Positions 34,020-35,469 of a stretch of 35,469 nucleotides of DNA are shown one piece after another. Below the pieces are notes generated by a model. The model did no database searches and was not told where the DNA came from. It saw nothing but the letters and a program-made list of their open reading frames with translations. The stretch comes from a virus (taxonomy: Duplodnaviria > Caudoviricetes), in IMG/VR virus record IMGVR_UViG_3300032373_000064, positions 1 to 35,469 of that record; one strand, 5' to 3'. A program made the translations under genes and the position numbers. The first letter of the stretch is position 1. Each line of letters starts with the position of its first letter.

Positions 34020-34500
34020 TTTAGTTAAATTCCATTAACGGATTAGTGCCTTTTCGGTAAATGGTTAACGGCGGCAAAAATGGTGTGATTTTAACATCAA
34101 TAGGTTACAGGTGGTCAGATGGTTGCTTTTTTGCAACAGTCGTATCAAGGCTGGCTGTAGCGGCGGTTTTCACAAATCGTAGTGATGTTACCTAAGATTC
34201 TCAAACTTTATACAAAGCTCCATGATGGTTAACAAGAATTAAGCATCATAGCCCCTTTTCTATTACTTTTACTACTTTTTAGGTAGTAGTAGTAGTAATA
34301 TAGGGAATAGTAGTTATAAAATCAATAGGTTAGCAGTAGTGCTGCACTTTTAAGTTGTACCATCACAACCTAGTAACATACTGATAAATATAGATTGCAA
34401 CCTATACACGATGTTACCTACAACCAGCTAAGTTATTGATGTTAAAAATACCTCCCTAAAAGTATCCAGTTAAGAAACTTAATTTACGTTAATTGTTATG
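34020..34500. other. Putative replication origin (AT-rich, iterated, IHF-like sites)
   Basis: Largest non-coding stretch, next to the primase-helicase. Contains GATGTTACCTA twice, ATCAATAGGTTA twice, a 14-bp inverted repeat and a central imperfect palindrome. Confidence 0.6.
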
Positions 34501-34525
34501 AATAGCACCCTTCGCTCATTTTTGT

Positions 34526-34555
34526 TTGACTTGCCGTAAAAATTATTCCTATAGT
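34526..34555 (+). promoter_or_regulatory. Promoter of the primase-helicase operon
   Basis: TTGACT (34526-34531), 18 bp, TATAGT (34550-34555); predicted start near G34562. Confidence 0.65.
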
Positions 34556-34579
34556 TGTGACGCAACGGAAAGAGACGAG

Positions 34580-35469
34580 ATGGAAATAATACAAGGTTTT
34601 TTAGACTCTATAGAAAGCGCTGGCTATGCGGTGCGTGGTGAGATCATCCCAGATGACACGGTACGCCGTTTGTATGTGAATGGTGAGAAGCAATCATCTG
34701 CGCGATATCAATTAAAGATTGATGGCGAGATTGCGGTGGGCTGGTTTAAGTCTCACAAGAATGGTGAGCTGATTAGCTATCATAATGGGAAGTCGCGGGA
34801 TTTATCGCCAGAAGAAAAGAAGAAAATAAAAGCGGCCATCGCGGCGCAGACAAGAGCGCGGAAGGCGGCATCGGATAAAGCGGCGAGAGATGCGGCGGAG
34901 CTATGGAAAAAATCCGTCGCTTCTGTGGATACGGAATATACGCGGCGGAAAAAAGTAAAGCCGATGGGTGCGCGGCAATATGGCGATGATGTCGTCGTGC
35001 CGATATACAGAGAAAAGCAGATAGTAGGGGTGCAAACGATAGCGCCAGACGGGTTTAAGAAATTCCCGAAAAATGCGGATATTGGTGGAGGGTATGCGAA
35101 GCTGATTGAAAAAGGCGATGACCTTGGGCGATTGGTGGTATGCGAAGGATGGGCAACGGCCTGCACGATACGAGAGGCAACGGGCTGGCCTGTGGTTGTA
35201 GCGTTTAACGCGTACAATATGGCGGCGGTGGCAAAGACCATGCGTAAGGCGTTTCCTAATGCCGCGCTAACCATCGCAGCAGATAACGACCAGTGGACGG
35301 AAATTCGCGGCGAGTTGCACAATGTTGGTAAGATTGCAGGCGAAGAGGCTGCGCGTTTAGTTGGTGGCGTTTACTATGTGCCGAGCTTTGCTGATGAAAG
35401 TGGCAGGCCGACAGATTTTAATGATTTAGCTTGCCTAGAGGGGTTAAATAAAGTAAATTCGATTTTGCG
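34580..35469 (+). CDS. Primase-helicase, N-terminal part (Toprim primase, TraC/P4-alpha-like); continues across the window end into 1..1315
   Basis: Manual translation from ATG 34580 is open to the window end (MEIIQGFLDS...). Toprim motifs VVCEGWATA, VVVAFNAYNM, IAADND and TDFNDL are present. Absent from the ORF track because it has no stop inside the window. Confidence 0.9.
   Translation, partial: MEIIQGFLDSIESAGYAVRGEIIPDDTVRRLYVNGEKQSSARYQLKIDGEIAVGWFKSHKNGELISYHNGKSRDLSPEEKKKIKAAIAAQTRARKAASDKAARDAAELWKKSVASVDTEYTRRKKVKPMGARQYGDDVVVPIYREKQIVGVQTIAPDGFKKFPKNADIGGGYAKLIEKGDDLGRLVVCEGWATACTIREATGWPVVVAFNAYNMAAVAKTMRKAFPNAALTIAADNDQWTEIRGELHNVGKIAGEEAARLVGGVYYVPSFADESGRPTDFNDLACLEGLNKVNSIL

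Noticed and set aside
34283-34297. (GTA)n microsatellite as a phase-variation tract
   Set aside because: Non-coding and better explained as one arm of the 34261-34300 palindrome.
34020-34500. attP or dif site suggested by the IHF-like motifs
   Set aside because: No integrase was recognised and I saw no convincing XerC/XerD 11-6-11 site. Not fully excluded without a profile scan.
34780-35322. 180-aa minus-strand ORF
   Set aside because: Antisense shadow of the Toprim primase.
1-35469. Stop-codon reassignment
   Set aside because: Core genes are intact under the standard code, and TAA, TAG and TGA all end genes at coupled junctions.

Overview
The window reads as a complete, circularly permuted ~35.5 kb dsDNA podophage genome. 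One Toprim-primase/VapE-helicase ORF starts at 34580, runs off the right end and continues in frame at base 1. The + strand arm (34580 to 9582) carries replication and recombination genes (primase-helicase, SF2 helicase, YqaJ exonuclease, RecT, SSB) and many small accessory genes. The - strand arm (33948 to 9658) carries small accessory genes (Lar, HNH), TerS/TerL, a P22-like portal, a tail fibre, scaffold, an N4-gp56-like major capsid protein, adaptor/nozzle, ejection proteins and a lysis cassette. The SSB looks alphaproteobacterial, which suggests the host (inference). I found no integrase, CI-type repressor, DNA polymerase, tRNA or CRISPR array. The strongest unexplained signals are non-coding: (1) a promoter-driven ~185-nt leader of the capsid gene with three box-plus-hairpin units whose loops are conserved while the stems differ yet still pair; (2) a candidate ~63-nt sRNA with an anti-SD loop at the point where the two arms converge; (3) an iteron- and IHF-rich putative origin; (4) two apparently leaderless transcripts. 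All protein calls come from motif recognition by eye, not from database searches.
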